Positions 48,059 to 61,509 of a stretch of 64,000 nucleotides of DNA are shown here, piece by piece. The position numbers were made by a program, and so were the translations under genes. This DNA comes from Amoebophrya sp. A120 (taxonomy: Eukaryota; Protista; Dinoflagellata): positions 8,767,190 through 8,831,189 of the forward strand of contig CAJINV010000004.1 in NCBI GenBank assembly GCA_905178155.1. The letters are read 5' to 3'. How positions within the stretch are numbered: the stretch's first letter is position 1; every line of letters starts with the position of its first letter. The notes below the pieces were generated by a model. It saw only the letters and a program-made list of their open reading frames with translations, was not told where the DNA came from and did not search any database.

Positions 48059-48763
48059 AGAGGAGAAGCGAAAGGAGACTTCGCGCCAGATTTTCTTTTG
48101 TCCACCGACGCAGCTCATCATGCTTTCGTAGTGCGTGAAGTAGCGCCTTTTTGAACAAGCTGAGTGCCATTTTTAAGCATCATCAGTAACTACGAATGCA
48201 CCAGGGAAATGGTGTTCAACGGTGCAAAAGAAACGGTTTGGGCGTTACTTACGTAAATCTCCGTGTTCCTTCAGATGTGTGTCATTATCTCTTCGTTAGG
48301 GTTAGAAGCCTCAACGTACACATGCCTATACAAGCCGTCCAACTACAGACAGGTGTAAATCGGATCAAATGCGTTAGCAACTATCTCGTCGAGGGATTTC
48401 ACCGTTCGGTCAACTGGACTTCTGAATTTAAGTTTCTCTCGGTCGTCGTGCTCGTCTAGTCGTATTTCGGAGAAGGGAAAGCAGCATCATCAACATCAAC
48501 GTAAAGGGGAGCAGTCGCAAAGTGCACAAATCGACGAGCGACCAATGCGCAACATATGGGAACTCGTTCTGTGCGTTTCAATTCGATATCTTCAAAATAA
48601 AAATACTTAGGAGGAAGTTTTTTCTGTCGGAAAACCTGGAATAACTTTCGCAACAAGAAACAGAAGAGCAAACTGAGATCACAATTTTGCTGTGCCGTCT
48701 TCGGGCGAGAATCTGCAATCGCTTATTTGGCCGCTGGAAATAGGAGGTCCACGAAAGGTTCTG

Positions 48764-51700
48764 ATGGAGCAGCCGGGTGCGGGGCACAACGAACCAGGTG
48801 TCGCTTGCGACAGCAGTGCTCAGCCGGCAGGAGCGAACACGAATTATTCGGTCCAAGACCAGCTGGATCTGATTGCCTTCCCGCAGTTGTTACAAGCCCA
48901 GCCGCTACTCCCATTAGTACAAGATGTGCACGCGCCGCCAGCGAGTAACCAGAGCATTCCATTCGTGATGAATTCACTGACCACGACGACGCCCCCGCGC
49001 CCCGGCTTGACGCCGGAATCGTGGTTAGACTCGCCACTGCAAGAACACGGACCAGTACTGTCGCCGAGCCTAATTCCCATCGACGCTTCAACACCGTCGA
49101 CTGGCGGAGGCTCGAAAAAAGACGCCGACGAGCGGGGCTTTTCTCCATTCGAAACGCAGCCCGGCATTCCCTCGCAGGAGAAAGAGCTGGAAATCGGGAC
49201 GAGCAGCGAAGACATGACAACGCACTGTACAACGCCGATGGTGGATGGGCCGTCAAGCAGTGCGCAGCTGGCAGTCGGGGGCTCCGGGAAACTGGTTTCC
49301 GCAGAGCAGGTATTCGTCGCCGAACAGGTTGATTTGGTGAACCACGACAATCTGGAGGGTTGCAACACCTGGTGTGACAGAACGCCCCCGGCGAGGAAAC
49401 GGACCTTCACTGTACGAGTTGAGTTACTGGTGCTTTAGCATGATAGATGATCCAAGAAGTGTAGAACGTAGAAGGAAATGCAGACGATGTTTAGTAAAGC
49501 TAGATATGTCGAACTCGAAATCATAGAACGAAAGCAGTGCTTGGTCAACATGGCAACCATTCCTGCTCACGTGTGCGCGGTAAAGGAGGTCGTTCCCCGC
49601 CCTCCTTGCGCTTTTATTTTCGCTGAATCACGGCACTGCAGGTCCACTCCGGCCCGCGGAAAATAAGCATGCCACTCGTGACCGGAGATCTAATAGAGGA
49701 TGTCGGTGGGGCTGAGGAAATGGTGCAGGAGAAAATGCTCGAGAGCTTGTCGGCGCCCGAACCGGCTTGTAGCGAAGATCGAAGTGTTGCACTGGCACCG
49801 GAAATTGCGAAAATGCTGGATGAGCAACAAGTACAAACGAGTTTTGATCTTGTGTCTTAGTTATATCATGCCACACCACTGCAGTACCGGAAATGGGATC
49901 CGAGAGAGTAGTTTTGAAAGACGTAGTTGTACCGGATAAAATATGATTTTCAACTACTCATTCAAAAACTGTAAATACAGCACACCGCTACACACTTCAC
50001 TACGGAGGACTTGTTTAGGGAGATGACCCGCCGGAGCTTGGATGGACGAGTGATTTCGGCAGCCGTAAACTTCTTTGAGAAGTTGACGCGAGACTACAAC
50101 GATAAGCTTTGGGCGGATAAGGTGGCCGCCCACATGCTCATCGCCGGTACAACATTGTTCTATCTTTGATCTTCACTCCAATGGAAAAAAACCCTTTCGT
50201 GTCAGATGCAAGGAAGTAGACCAAGAAGACGCATATTACTAACTTTGAACTTGTAATGCAAAAAACGAAAATGAAACAGATTTCATTCCAAGTGCAGAAG
50301 CCGAAGGGAATATTAAAGTAACGGTGAAAATGTTTTACAACATGCTCAATTGGATCGAGTCCCACCCGGCTGCAGGGATCGATAAAATTATCACTGTGCT
50401 CAAGTCGCGCCGCAACTACAAAAACGCCGCAGCTGTGGCGGAGAAAGCGTGGACATCAATGGATCCGACACGGCAAGCGCAAATAGCGGCCAGGGTTGAC
50501 ACTGCAAAGGCGCTTCAGGTAAATAAATTCTACATTTTTCTGTTGTCGTCTGGTTTTGGAACCATTCAATTCCGTATCAATGATCTGCTTTTTTCTATGT
50601 GTGTGCGTATTACAATTTTGTTTTGCGCGAGAGCTTGCAATTCCACCCTTTCCGAGCCTACTTACACACGATAAAACTGACGTTCCCAGATTCTGTCGGC
50701 GATGGACGGCGACGTGGGCGAGATTTCCGCTGCCGTACGCCGGCTCGACTCGGGGCTCAATGGACTGCACGAGCACCTGGCCGACGTACGCGACGAGATT
50801 AACAAAAAAGTCGAGGTGGAAGCGCAAGGGCTGCACGAGCATGTGCAAGCCGTCGGCCACGACTTACACCACGAGATCCAAGAACAAGGGGATAGTACCC
50901 AGCGGGGACTCCAGGCCGTGCAGGATTCGGTGCAGCAGATCGGCGGAGACGTCCAGACTACGCACCAGCTCCTGAACCAAGTTGGCGATAGATTGGAGGC
51001 GGTGCAGGGGAGTGTTCTTTCCGCGGTGGAGCGGGAATCTTCGGCTCTCCGGAACCAAATCTCGGATGTTGACGACCGCGCGGAAAACAGGCACTTGCAG
51101 GGTCTGAGTGCGCTGAATGAGACGATCGCATCGGGTCGTGCGTCGGTTGAATCCTCGATCGAAAGCAGCGCAAAGAAGACCAACAAGAAGCTGGAGCAAG
51201 TGACGGAGCAGTTGAGTTTGGTGCTCAGCCACATCAACAGTGACACGCAGAACAGTACTACTGCGACTGCCCCAGCATCGGCTGCTTGCGGCTCCGAACA
51301 CGCTTCCTCCGCGAGAGGGACACCAAACAGTTCCGGGTACGGCGGTACAGCACGTACAGGGACACCAAACAGCACGCCCCATACGGCAGCGCGGCGCGAG
51401 CGGTACAAGGGGATGAAGAACAAGGATGCAGTGACTGTAGGTGGTGGCAAGAAAAGCGGGGAGCAACAGTGCGATCACCATCACCGACGAGGAGGCGGTC
51501 ATCAGGCGGGAAAGGGCCCACTACGTAACGCAAACCGTGGCGGTAGCGGCACTGGGGATGGTAGTCGCCCCTATGGCCAACAACGAAAGGGGAATTCCGG
51601 TAAGGGCGGTGGTGGACAGGGATTGCTGCCACGAGACTCTAGCGGAAAGACTGGGAAGAGCCCTGAGAAAAGTAGTAGTGCCGGTGCTACGCGGAATCCC

Positions 51701-51853
51701 CCTGTGATTGAAGGAAGTAGTGCACACCACCATCAGCACAAGAGCAGCGGCGCCGCTCCCCGACAGTCGCTGTCCAAAGTCGCGAGCTCGAGCGGAACCC
51801 AGTCGACAGCCGATTCTGACGTCGCACCATCGTCCGCCGTTAGGACCAGCTGA
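48764..51853 (+). CDS. Multi-exon hypothetical protein with a coiled-coil region and low-complexity termini
   Basis: Long ORFs 48692-49438 and 50702-51853. GT-AG intron 50519-50689 joins frames. Heptad-like LHEHLADV/LQAVQDSV repeats. Middle exons are uncertain. Confidence 0.55.
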
Positions 51854-54800
51854 CGATGTAAACGTGCAGGAGCTTGGTTTCAATTGTGTTGGGGAGCAAC
51901 TTGAGTTTGCATTTGAATAGGGATGTACAATAGCAATGAACCACAGGAGTGCGGGTAAACCTTTTGCAAAATGAAGATTCTGTCTTTAACTTTAACATCT
52001 ATCTGTTTGGGTTGGACTTGAACTTGAAGAAGATGAAGAACTACTTGTAAGTTCCACACTTGTCACCAGTATCTCTCGTTGTTTGGTGTCACCGAACATT
52101 CTTGTAGATACTTTGTATGCTGCTGCTGGCGCCAGGGACAGGGAGGATAGAAATGGCCGGCTTGCAGGACTTTTGTTTACAACTTTGCAACGTGTACTTG
52201 CCCCCCTGCTTCAGGGCAATATTTTGTGGTATTTTGTACTTAAATGTATATTTAAGAAAATCGAGCATCTTCGACATTAGCTCGACAAAGCAATCCCAAC
52301 GAAAAAAAACCACCAGTGTAAGATGATTTTTTTGCTAATCCTGCCCGCACAGAAACAGATAGCTGCTGACTTGTGTTTCGTACGCGAAAGAATGAATCTA
52401 CCTGTACGGCGAATAAGTGCAGGCTCTGTGCAAAGCCTTTTCCAGCGATCCGTCTGGCCGCGAAGCTGCGTTCGTTCAACAATCTCCCCGTAGGCAGCAT
52501 TGCGCACTGAGAGAGTGGGTGAGAGCGAACAGGGCACTACTTGCCGCCTGGTTTAAGACAAGCTGGAGTGTAATGGTTTTGCGCAAAGCGTAGTACTTTA
52601 CTTATAAATATGTAAAGACGTCTACGTCTTCTCAGCAAATAATCATAAATATACATCATCTTCGCATATAGCTGGAGTGAGCGCAAATTTTTGTGAGGGT
52701 GCCAAAAGTGATGAGGCCCAGAGCTCAAAACAACGTGCGCGACTCGGTGTCTTTAGACTATTTTCCGGGCTCTGGAAGTGCCAAGGCCCGCCCAGAAACG
52801 ATCAGCGGGCGGCCGGCCCGGTCTCGGGTGTGGCGAGCCTGCCGCCCTGAGCTCGCCGATTAGTGCCGAAATTAAGTACGAATTTTTTGCGTGGGCAGAG
52901 GAGCACCCAACCGGATCGGGCCGCCACTCGCCCCCGGATATGGAGCGCCGCCCCTATTTCGCAAGGCGGCCGGGCGTCGGGAAACGCGGCGGGCCGCGGA
53001 TGCACAGTGCGGCCAGGGAGGCGGTCACCCTCCCCGGTCGGAAGTTGGCGCAGTATAGTCGTCCGGGCGAGCGTCGCCCGCGGCCATGGTGGGGCGCTGC
53101 CTCCCGTCTTGCAGCCCCACGGGGTGCCGCCATGTGATCTCCCAAGCGGGCGCCGCCGAATGCCGCCGGTGGCTGGCTGTTTGTCAGCCTGGCCTCACTG
53201 CCTGCCGCGCGAGTTGCCGGTCCCTCCTTGCGTTTCTCTGATTACTTATCAATACGAGTTGTCCCCGTGCCGAAGTAATCATTGCTTCGGGAATCATGAT
53301 TACTATTGCATTAAGGCTATACGTATATGAATTAGATTTATGATGATGAGCGCGAGCAGCTGCTAGAGGTCGGCGCTGGTGTTCATCAGCTACGCGCGGA
53401 ACCGGAGCCGAATGGCAAGACCCACAGAAACCGAAAAGGGGCTCTTGGTTTTTGTTCGAGCGCCGTTCCTTGAGACGGCATAGAGCCGGAGAGACCGACG
53501 TCAGTTAGTTCAGCCGGAGTTGTGGGAATTTACAAATAAAGAAAAAGAATACTAGATCTTTCCGACAATTAGCTTCAGAGCGATGTTCTGAGGGTCCGGT
53601 GCGCACCTGAGGTCGGGCTATGAGGGTTCCAAACGTAACGAAAATGCTGAAGGCGTATCCATGTTATGGTAGTCTGCCTCTGCCGCTGGGCGACAGCGTT
53701 CGTATTTGTAAACACGAACAGAGCGTCTCAAGTCAAATCTTGCTGGGTGTAAGTGCTTGCCGAGACGTTGAGGAAAAATGGCGACTATTCCCTCGTGGGC
53801 TCGTGTATGAGTGAGGGCAAAGCCGCCCGCTTTTCGGCGTGGTGCTTTCCGTGTTATAAGAATTTTTCCGCATCCGGAAAAAAACCAACGGGGGCGCGCC
53901 TTTCTCGTTTTGCCCCGACGCAAGCTGGAGCCGGTGACGCGGCCCCGAAACCTTCTGCCGAGTTATCCATTGGCACACGCCATTGAAGACGAGAAGTTTA
54001 GTGGCCGCGCGCTGCTTAGCGAGCTGGGGCCTGGGGCCCCCCGTGCCGCTTTCGGGGAGCGAATGCCCGGCGCCGCACTGGCGGGGGCAGCGAATAAACT
54101 GACCCGGCCGGGCGCGTTGTCTCTCGCTCGGGCGGCGCCTGGCGTCCGTCGCGCCCGCCTTCGTCAGCCGGCCTCCGCCGGTTTCGCGCCCGTGGGTGGC
54201 GCAGCAGCAGCAAGCACCAGGCCCCGCACGCGGCCAACGGCTTTAGGGCCGCCAGGAACTCGGCCGCGTGCTATGTTGCAGTCTTGCCCGCGCAGCCGTT
54301 CTGGTGCGCGCGGACCCCTCGCTGCGCCGCTCCGATATGGGCCCCCGGGATTGTTTTCCCTGTGTCTACTGTGTCTGCTGCCCGTGGTGTTTTCACAGTG
54401 CGCCATGTACCACACACGAGCGCGTCATGCGCGCGGGTGCCGAAATCTGTTACTGTTTGTGACCATCGCCTCTCGAATTGGTCCTGAGCGAGAAGAAGCA
54501 GTGAGAGTGCAGATAGGGTCTTATGCGGAATTATATTCCTTTGCTGGTCTCGTGTCAAACTCAATGGCGTGCACGTCGTCATAGCTACCTTTTCTAGATG
54601 GAGCGTGCCTGCTACGAGAGTCGTGCTCTTGCTGTAGCCGTGGTTTAAAGTGGTGAAATCAATGCAACGTTGTCGAACGACTCATCTTACCAACGAAGAC
54701 TTAGAATCGAAAAAGAGTAGCACTAGCGAAGTGCGTGCAAAAAGGGCTGAGAGAGTGGAGCGTAGGGGCATCTTGCGTGCTCATTAGATTTTCACTCTAA

Positions 54801-55167
54801 AACTAGTCTGAGCCTTCTTCCGGGACAGAAGCAAAAATGAGTACTTCAGAGTCGGAGTGCGAGCTTTACACGAAGGGGGGCGAGATAAAAACGCTTTGGG
54901 ATGTACGACGTGAAGGTGCATCATTCCGAAACTCTTGCTCTGAACACCACTGCATGCTTCAGCGCAACGACCTGTGAGACGCGTGTAGTTACTTTTCAAT
55001 GCAGATTTCAGGAAGGGATGTAGCATATGGAACTGAAACCAGGGATCGCTTCGATTCCTTGATGTTGAAAGAAAGACGTGCGCCATGCATACCCGCCATG
55101 AGCACGCGTTGTTCATCCGAGCAAGAATTTCATTGTTTTGTTTTCCTCTCCATACCATCTACTGCAG

Positions 55168-57686
55168 AAGCTCCGGCGGTACGGAAATAAATGGGAGGAA
55201 TCGGCCAACGGCCACGAATTGATTGCAAAAGTGAGCCAACCTGTGATCGAAGCGGTCGAGATTTTTTACAACAAGTACGCAGACAGATCCGTAGCTTTGC
55301 GCCGCGCCAATATTGTGGCACAGGAGATGCACTCGCAAGGTACTTGCTTCTAGTTAGCTTCCTCGCTGTTTTCAACGTGTAGTCGTAGTTTCTTTGTTTC
55401 GGCGAATAAATAGAAAGTAAGCACACGAAGTAGAATCAATGAGTGAATTCTTGTACATGGACAACAACATGCAGAAATCAACTTGAATGAAAACTGCAAT
55501 GAAAGCTTTATAAATATCAAAACCTGAATCCATATCCAGGACTCGTCCCCGTGGAGCTGGGCGGCTGCGTCGAGAAGGAGAGCGACTTCATCACCCTCTT
55601 GAACCAGATGTTCGACCACCCGCGGGCCTTTTGCAAGGAGGGATTTCCGAAGGGCGACATCGTATCGGACGTGAAGGCCGCGAAGACGAAGTACAAGCAG
55701 AAGAGGGACCTGTCCTACCGGCGGGACTTCGGCGAGAAGTTGGTGCACGTGCTGGGGAGCGAGCAGGGAACCGTCGTGCGAAACACCGCGGACGCGGTGA
55801 TGACGCGGATGCACGTGATGAACGAGGCCGCGCGCGGGGAGCTGCAGAAGTGGTGGTCCGGGGAGCTAAGCCGCCTCAACGCCGACCAGCAGGGGAAGAT
55901 CACGTCTTTGTTCAACCAGGCCTTAGCCGACGACACATTCCAACGCCTGATCAACCAAGCCGCTGAGGAATTCGCGGTGTTCTCCCGGGCGGACCGCGAC
56001 CATTTGGAAGGCGTCGTGAAGAATTTGGACTTCAACACGAGCGAGACGTTGCAGGCGCTGAAGAAGCAGTTGAAAAAGTACCAGAGCGAGATTGGGACCT
56101 CCGCCGAGGCCGTGATTCAAAAAATGTTCATGCAGGTGGTCACGGGGGAGTTGCAGGTATAGGTAACTAAGTGGGCTTCGTACGGTTTGCGAAGTTCTTT
56201 TTGAGAAGTTCTGTCGCACTGCTTCCCGTGATGCAAAGAATGTCATGCATGCAACGTGTTGTTTATGTTTTCGTTCATGTGTTCATTTTGATGCGATGCA
56301 TATGTCTCTGAAAATGAGCAATACCGTCGAAACTGGATCACGTGTTCTCGTCCTCCTCTACTTCGTCCGCCTCTTCTCCGTCGCTGGACGACACTAACGC
56401 TCCCGAAAAGCCGAAGACTACGACCTCTACAACCTCTGTCGACCCCAAGCCCGGCGTGATCCTGCGCAGCGGGAGTCAGCGTGTGTTGAACCCGTCGACG
56501 GTAGCTACCAGCAGCTCCTCCTCGAGCGACGTGACTGGGAGCGGGGGGTCAAGTGCGCGTTCTATCCACTGCAAATATGTCGTGCCTGGAAGATTCATTC
56601 GCAAGACTTGTCATGCATCTCGTGGACCACACTCCTCGTTTGAAGCATCGCAGACTGGGCGGAATCTTCGTGATGTTCTTTATCCCGCATAGCACATCCG
56701 CCTTTTATTGCCTAGTAAGAAGGGGGCAGCTTTTTGGAATGATGCAACACAATTTTTTATGTGGTCGAGACTCCGCATGACAGGCTGCACTTTTCGAGAC
56801 CCAGACTTATTTGCAATGCATATGTTCTCAGGGTTCGCAACAGGCAAGTTTCAACGACCAGAAGCGACCACTAGCACCGACCGCTACTGCTGTGGCGCCC
56901 AGCTCGGGACAGTGGTTTTACGCACCGAAAAACGTGCCGACCGTGCCGGATGACAGGAGTTTTACTGCGACCTCCACTTTACCAGCAAGCGGTGGCGCCG
57001 GGAAGGCCGCGGTGACAGGAGCCGCATATTCTGACGTAAGATAAATGATATGGTCGATAATTTTCTGCATGATCGTACACAGAGATCGCAATTGAATTGT
57101 ATATGGAATAGGTCGGTAAAAGTATGCAAAGTCCGAGTTCCTCGTCTAGCAAGCGTCGTTTCACCACCGTCAATGTGGAAAATAAAATAAACAACACTTA
57201 CAGGTCGAGGGGGACGGTTTCATCACCTTTGGTCGCGCATCAAAAGCTGCTTATGGCGGACCGAACTCCATGTTCACCCCGAAAACCAGCTTTCTGGCGC
57301 CGGCACAGCAGCAACAAGTGGTGACGCAACGGGCACCAGGTGGTGGCGTGGGAGCAAACACTCACCCGGATCATGTGAAGATGCTTCCAAACAACTCGCA
57401 GCAGACCAGCAGAACCTACACAACTTCCGGAACCCTGGCTTCGTCCGCATTCGCTCCTGGTCCTGCGCAACCTCCTTTGTCGAACAATAACGCCAACCCC
57501 CTTCTTCGCGGGAACACGCCGAATTACGCGACGCGTACGCAGCGCCAGACCACTCCGCAGCAGACCTTCTCGTTGTTCCCGAACGCAGCGTCTAGTGGGA
57601 AATCGTCGAAAGCTGCCAATGCTCCGTACGGGGAGCGGAGTATGCCCTCGAAGTCTCTGTTCAGCACGCATCAGCGTTTTGGGTGA
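55168..57686 (+). CDS. Multi-exon hypothetical protein (helical N-terminal part, S/T/P-rich C-terminal part); start not identified
   Basis: GT-AG intron 55340-55539 joins frames; GC3-rich ORF 55551-56162; the TIR element 56563-56822 can be removed in frame. Confidence 0.55.
56563..56822. mobile_element. TIR introner, family A
   Basis: TATCCACTGCAAATATGTCGTGCCTGGAAG ... AGACCCAGACTTATTTGCAATGCATA; flanks CGTTC/TGTTC; frame restored. Confidence 0.85.
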
Positions 57687-60600
57687 AAGATTTTTGTTTA
57701 AAAATACCGTTTCCACTAGATGTAGATTTTGGTTTATCGTTTCTCTGTGAGGGCGGCGGCGTTACAATGCTCTCGTCTGACTGTATGATGAATTGAGATA
57801 GCAAAAATGTCGAAAAGATTGAAGATAACACAAGAACTGCCGGATTTTCCGATAAACCTACTCTAGCTTGTAGAATGAACGAAAGGCAGCAGCAGTTGCC
57901 GTGAGAACTATTTTGAACTACTTTGAAGTACAATGTCTAAGCGCGCGTCCCCGATGAACCAAGAGCTGTTATTTGAAAAGTGAGAATTATGACACCTCGA
58001 TTTCAAAGAAACCTGATTTCGCCGCAACAATGGATACTACGACGACCAGCGACTTGGTTGTTTAAATTTGTCTTGCTTGCAACGATCGTGGATGGACACT
58101 TCAAAGCACTGCCTCCGCCGTTGGTCGCATCTTGCTCACTTACACTTAGGGAAACAGGCCGCGCGGCGGCTGTCTCTTCGCTTTGTTCGACAGTGATTGT
58201 ACATCATCAACTCCAGTAGCGCTTGTTTGTGTGGGTCGTTGATGGCAGTCTCGAGGACAAATGATTTTTCCGCAAGGCAGTTCCAGCACTGTTTCAAGAG
58301 GGGAGGACGAGAAGCTATCAATCTAGACACCTAACGAAAGGTAAAGAAGAGTGAAAATGACATTACAACAATCCTGAGAGAGGTCGTGTTTGAGCCGGCT
58401 AATGTGGCCGCAATATAGCCACACTTTTCTTCGAATTGAATAGCAAAAATTGTCTGTGAACAAGGGCCCCCGCGGCCTTGTTTTCTTTGGCCCAGGTGGA
58501 GGCCACAGGCATGAGATGGCGGAAACCCCAGGCCGAAGCGCAGCGCCGCCCGAGGACGCCGGCCACAGAGGTGCGCTCAGGCCCGAAACCGCTGCCCGCA
58601 GTAGGGCGGCGCGTTGCAGGAGTGGCCGCGCCGGTGTGGGCCGCCCTTGCCATGCCTCGCCCGCGGGGCGCAGCACTTCGGCCCGAACAATATCGGCGCC
58701 CCGATGGTGATTCCGAGCAGGGGGGTGGCCTGGTCTACCAGCAGCTATAGGCGGCGGACCCTTTTCTGCCGGGCGCATTTCCTGGTGGAGATCTGGGCTA
58801 CACAGGTGGGGGCGATGAGGAGCAGGGAGCGAGCGCGCCTTTGCAGCGCCAGATGGTGGCCCCGCTCAGTGCACTTGGCCGCCTGTGGCGTCGGCATCGC
58901 GGGAGAACTATATGCCGCCCAAACGCTGCCCCGGCCCTCTCCCGCCACAAGCAGCGGCGCGCGGAACTGACAGAAAGCGGCGCGCCCGACTCGCTGGCCG
59001 CGCCGCGCGAAAGACAGGCGGGGCGCGTTTTTGGTCCGTGGCCCATTTCCCCGGCAGCCAGAGTGGCAGGGACTTGCCACGCCGCCCGCCTTGCCTCGCG
59101 GCCCCGGCGTGGTTTGCCGCGGTATTGCAGCAGCGGCGCGCCCTCTTCTCGCGCCTGGCCTTGGCTATAGTTGACGCTAGGAGAGGCCGAGACACCGCTT
59201 GGCGCCGGCAGTTGCGTGCGCACTTCGTTCCGCGAGTGAGGTCGCAGAGGCGGCGCGCGAAAACGGCAGCGCGGCTCCGCTGGACGCGCCACTGTTGCTG
59301 CTTCGTCGAAATGATGTTTGTGCAAAGTAAGTAAACAGGACCTTGCCCGCCCTAGCCTCGTTTGCGTTATTGGCGCCATGACGCGGGGCGAACCGGAATC
59401 GTTGATGGCAGTGTTCGAGGAAAAGTGATACTTTCGCAACCTTGTTTCAGTGCCGTGTCTGTTGCTATGAAGATCTAGCGTTTCTGCTCTTGATTTTCGT
59501 ATGAAATAGAAGTGAAGTCCTCCGTAGCACCAGAAGTAAGAGTAAGAAGCCGGCCTGTATAGTGTAAGTTCGTCGCACTACAGAAACTCTGAATATCGTA
59601 TATCTCTTCGTCAAAAGGTTCCACGCAGTCTAGCTGAAAAAACAAAATCAAAACGGTTCTTCGGAAAGGAAGCACATTTCGTAATAGTTCGCGTTTCTTT
59701 CTCTGAACAATCGTGAATTCCGTCTCCCTGTCATCGGTTTTTCTTTTTCCAGGGGAACAGCCGTTTCTTTTACGAGTTGATTAGTCCGTCTGGAAATGAA
59801 AATAGTAGTTCGTTGGAATCGTAATCGTTGACGCATGTCACATCTTCTTTGTTGCGGCAATAGGATTCGTAAAGCGGATGTCCAAGATGCTAATGCTTGC
59901 CCATCATTTTCATCGTATATCGTCATGGCCCCTGCGTGGCCTGTCGCAGGTCCGTCTTATGAATGTGACATTCTACTGTAGTTCGTGAACGGAATATAAG
60001 CCGAAAAGGAAATAAAGGTAGGAAAAGCGCATGCGCAAGATCATCTGGTGCCGTTCTATTTTGATTTTACCGCATCCTTTTCAATGCACCGCAGGATTCT
60101 TATGCTACTAGTGCCGCAGGTATTCTTATTGTTATTCCAGCGGCTTCTGCACATTTATTTTTATTTTTTTTGGGTGAGAAACGCAAAACTAAAACATCAA
60201 CATGCAAGGCAGCGTTACCGCGGATTCGTATCGTTTTGGCGCAGTGCGGGACAGACCAGCGTGGCAGACGAACTACGGGGCGCAAATTCGAGTACTCCAT
60301 AGGGCGTAGATGAAGGAAGAGCAACGCTCCCGAAGCGAAAGCAGTGGCGCAGCTACTCGGTCCGCGGTCTATTTGCCGGTGGAACTACTGCTACGTACTT
60401 GGATACGAGCTCGTGCGGGACGTGCGGTCGCGATCACGGTAGTGGAACAAAGGCATAGTACTTATAATCCACGACTACAACGCGGATTCCGATTAAAATC
60501 GACCTGCGGCGCGTCGAGCGAGATCGGGGTTGTTGGGGAATAAAGCACAATCTTAACGAGCAACTTGGATCTGCTACGCCGGAAACTTGCCATTGGGCGA

Positions 60601-61509
60601 AGATCGGGTTACAGCCAGCCGTGAATAAAGGAGAGCAAGTAAACTGTGTTTCGGAATCGTCGTCCTGGTGGGTCAGTCAGAATAAACTCGAGTCGTTCTT
60701 TTCCGCTTACGTCCTCGGCCTGTTACGAAGTGGATCTCGGGCGTACGCAACGGAGGTTCAGAGCAGCGCTACGTATGACATGAGCTGGCGAACGGTGTTT
60801 ATAGGGTAAGAACAATGTAACTCTGAATGACAGCTAATGCATTCGTATTTCTAGCTACATCTTCTAGTACTGCATCTTTCAAGAGGTAGAGCAACAGGGT
60901 AATTTACTACCCTGTTGCTGAGAAGAATTCGTGTACGCGCAAAACTATTCCGAACTGCCGCCGGAGGCACGGCATACTTTTTCGTATAAGACACGCAATC
61001 TCCCATCCCGATATCACCCACCCTTCTTTCCCGCCCTGCAACAATCACTGCCCGTTTCATGGACGCAACCTCGGTTTCTCTGATACTCTTGCGACCGAGG
61101 ACGAAACAAAAGGTTTGATAGTGGCAAATAGAGGAACATTTAGTTTACATAAGGCACTTGCAGCGTTAATTATGATTTCTATTTTAGGATTGGAGGAAAG
61201 GCCAGTCGCTAGAAGATCCAGAAAAACGTTTCTAATTCCAGCCGGGTTTGCGCTGCAACTGCGAAAGAGTGTCTGAAGTAGTTTCTTGCATGTCTGTACG
61301 CACCTGCCGTACGGGTTCCTTGGATTTGCCAGTATCAGCGTCCCGTGCTATCTATTAACCCTCTTACGAGGTTGCGTTCCTTTTGGTGCAGTGATTGTAA
61401 AGTAAGAGGTCAACGCGCACGCTTTGTAAGTATGCCGCAGAACCCTGTGGACGTCGCGTTCGACGACTTCTATTTGCGGCAGGAAGTGCATTCTGCGCAC
61501 ACTGAAGAG

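Noticed and set aside
52740-54600. GC-rich ORFs as genes
   Set aside because: No recognisable motifs or consistent coding frame; likely non-coding or repeat-derived.
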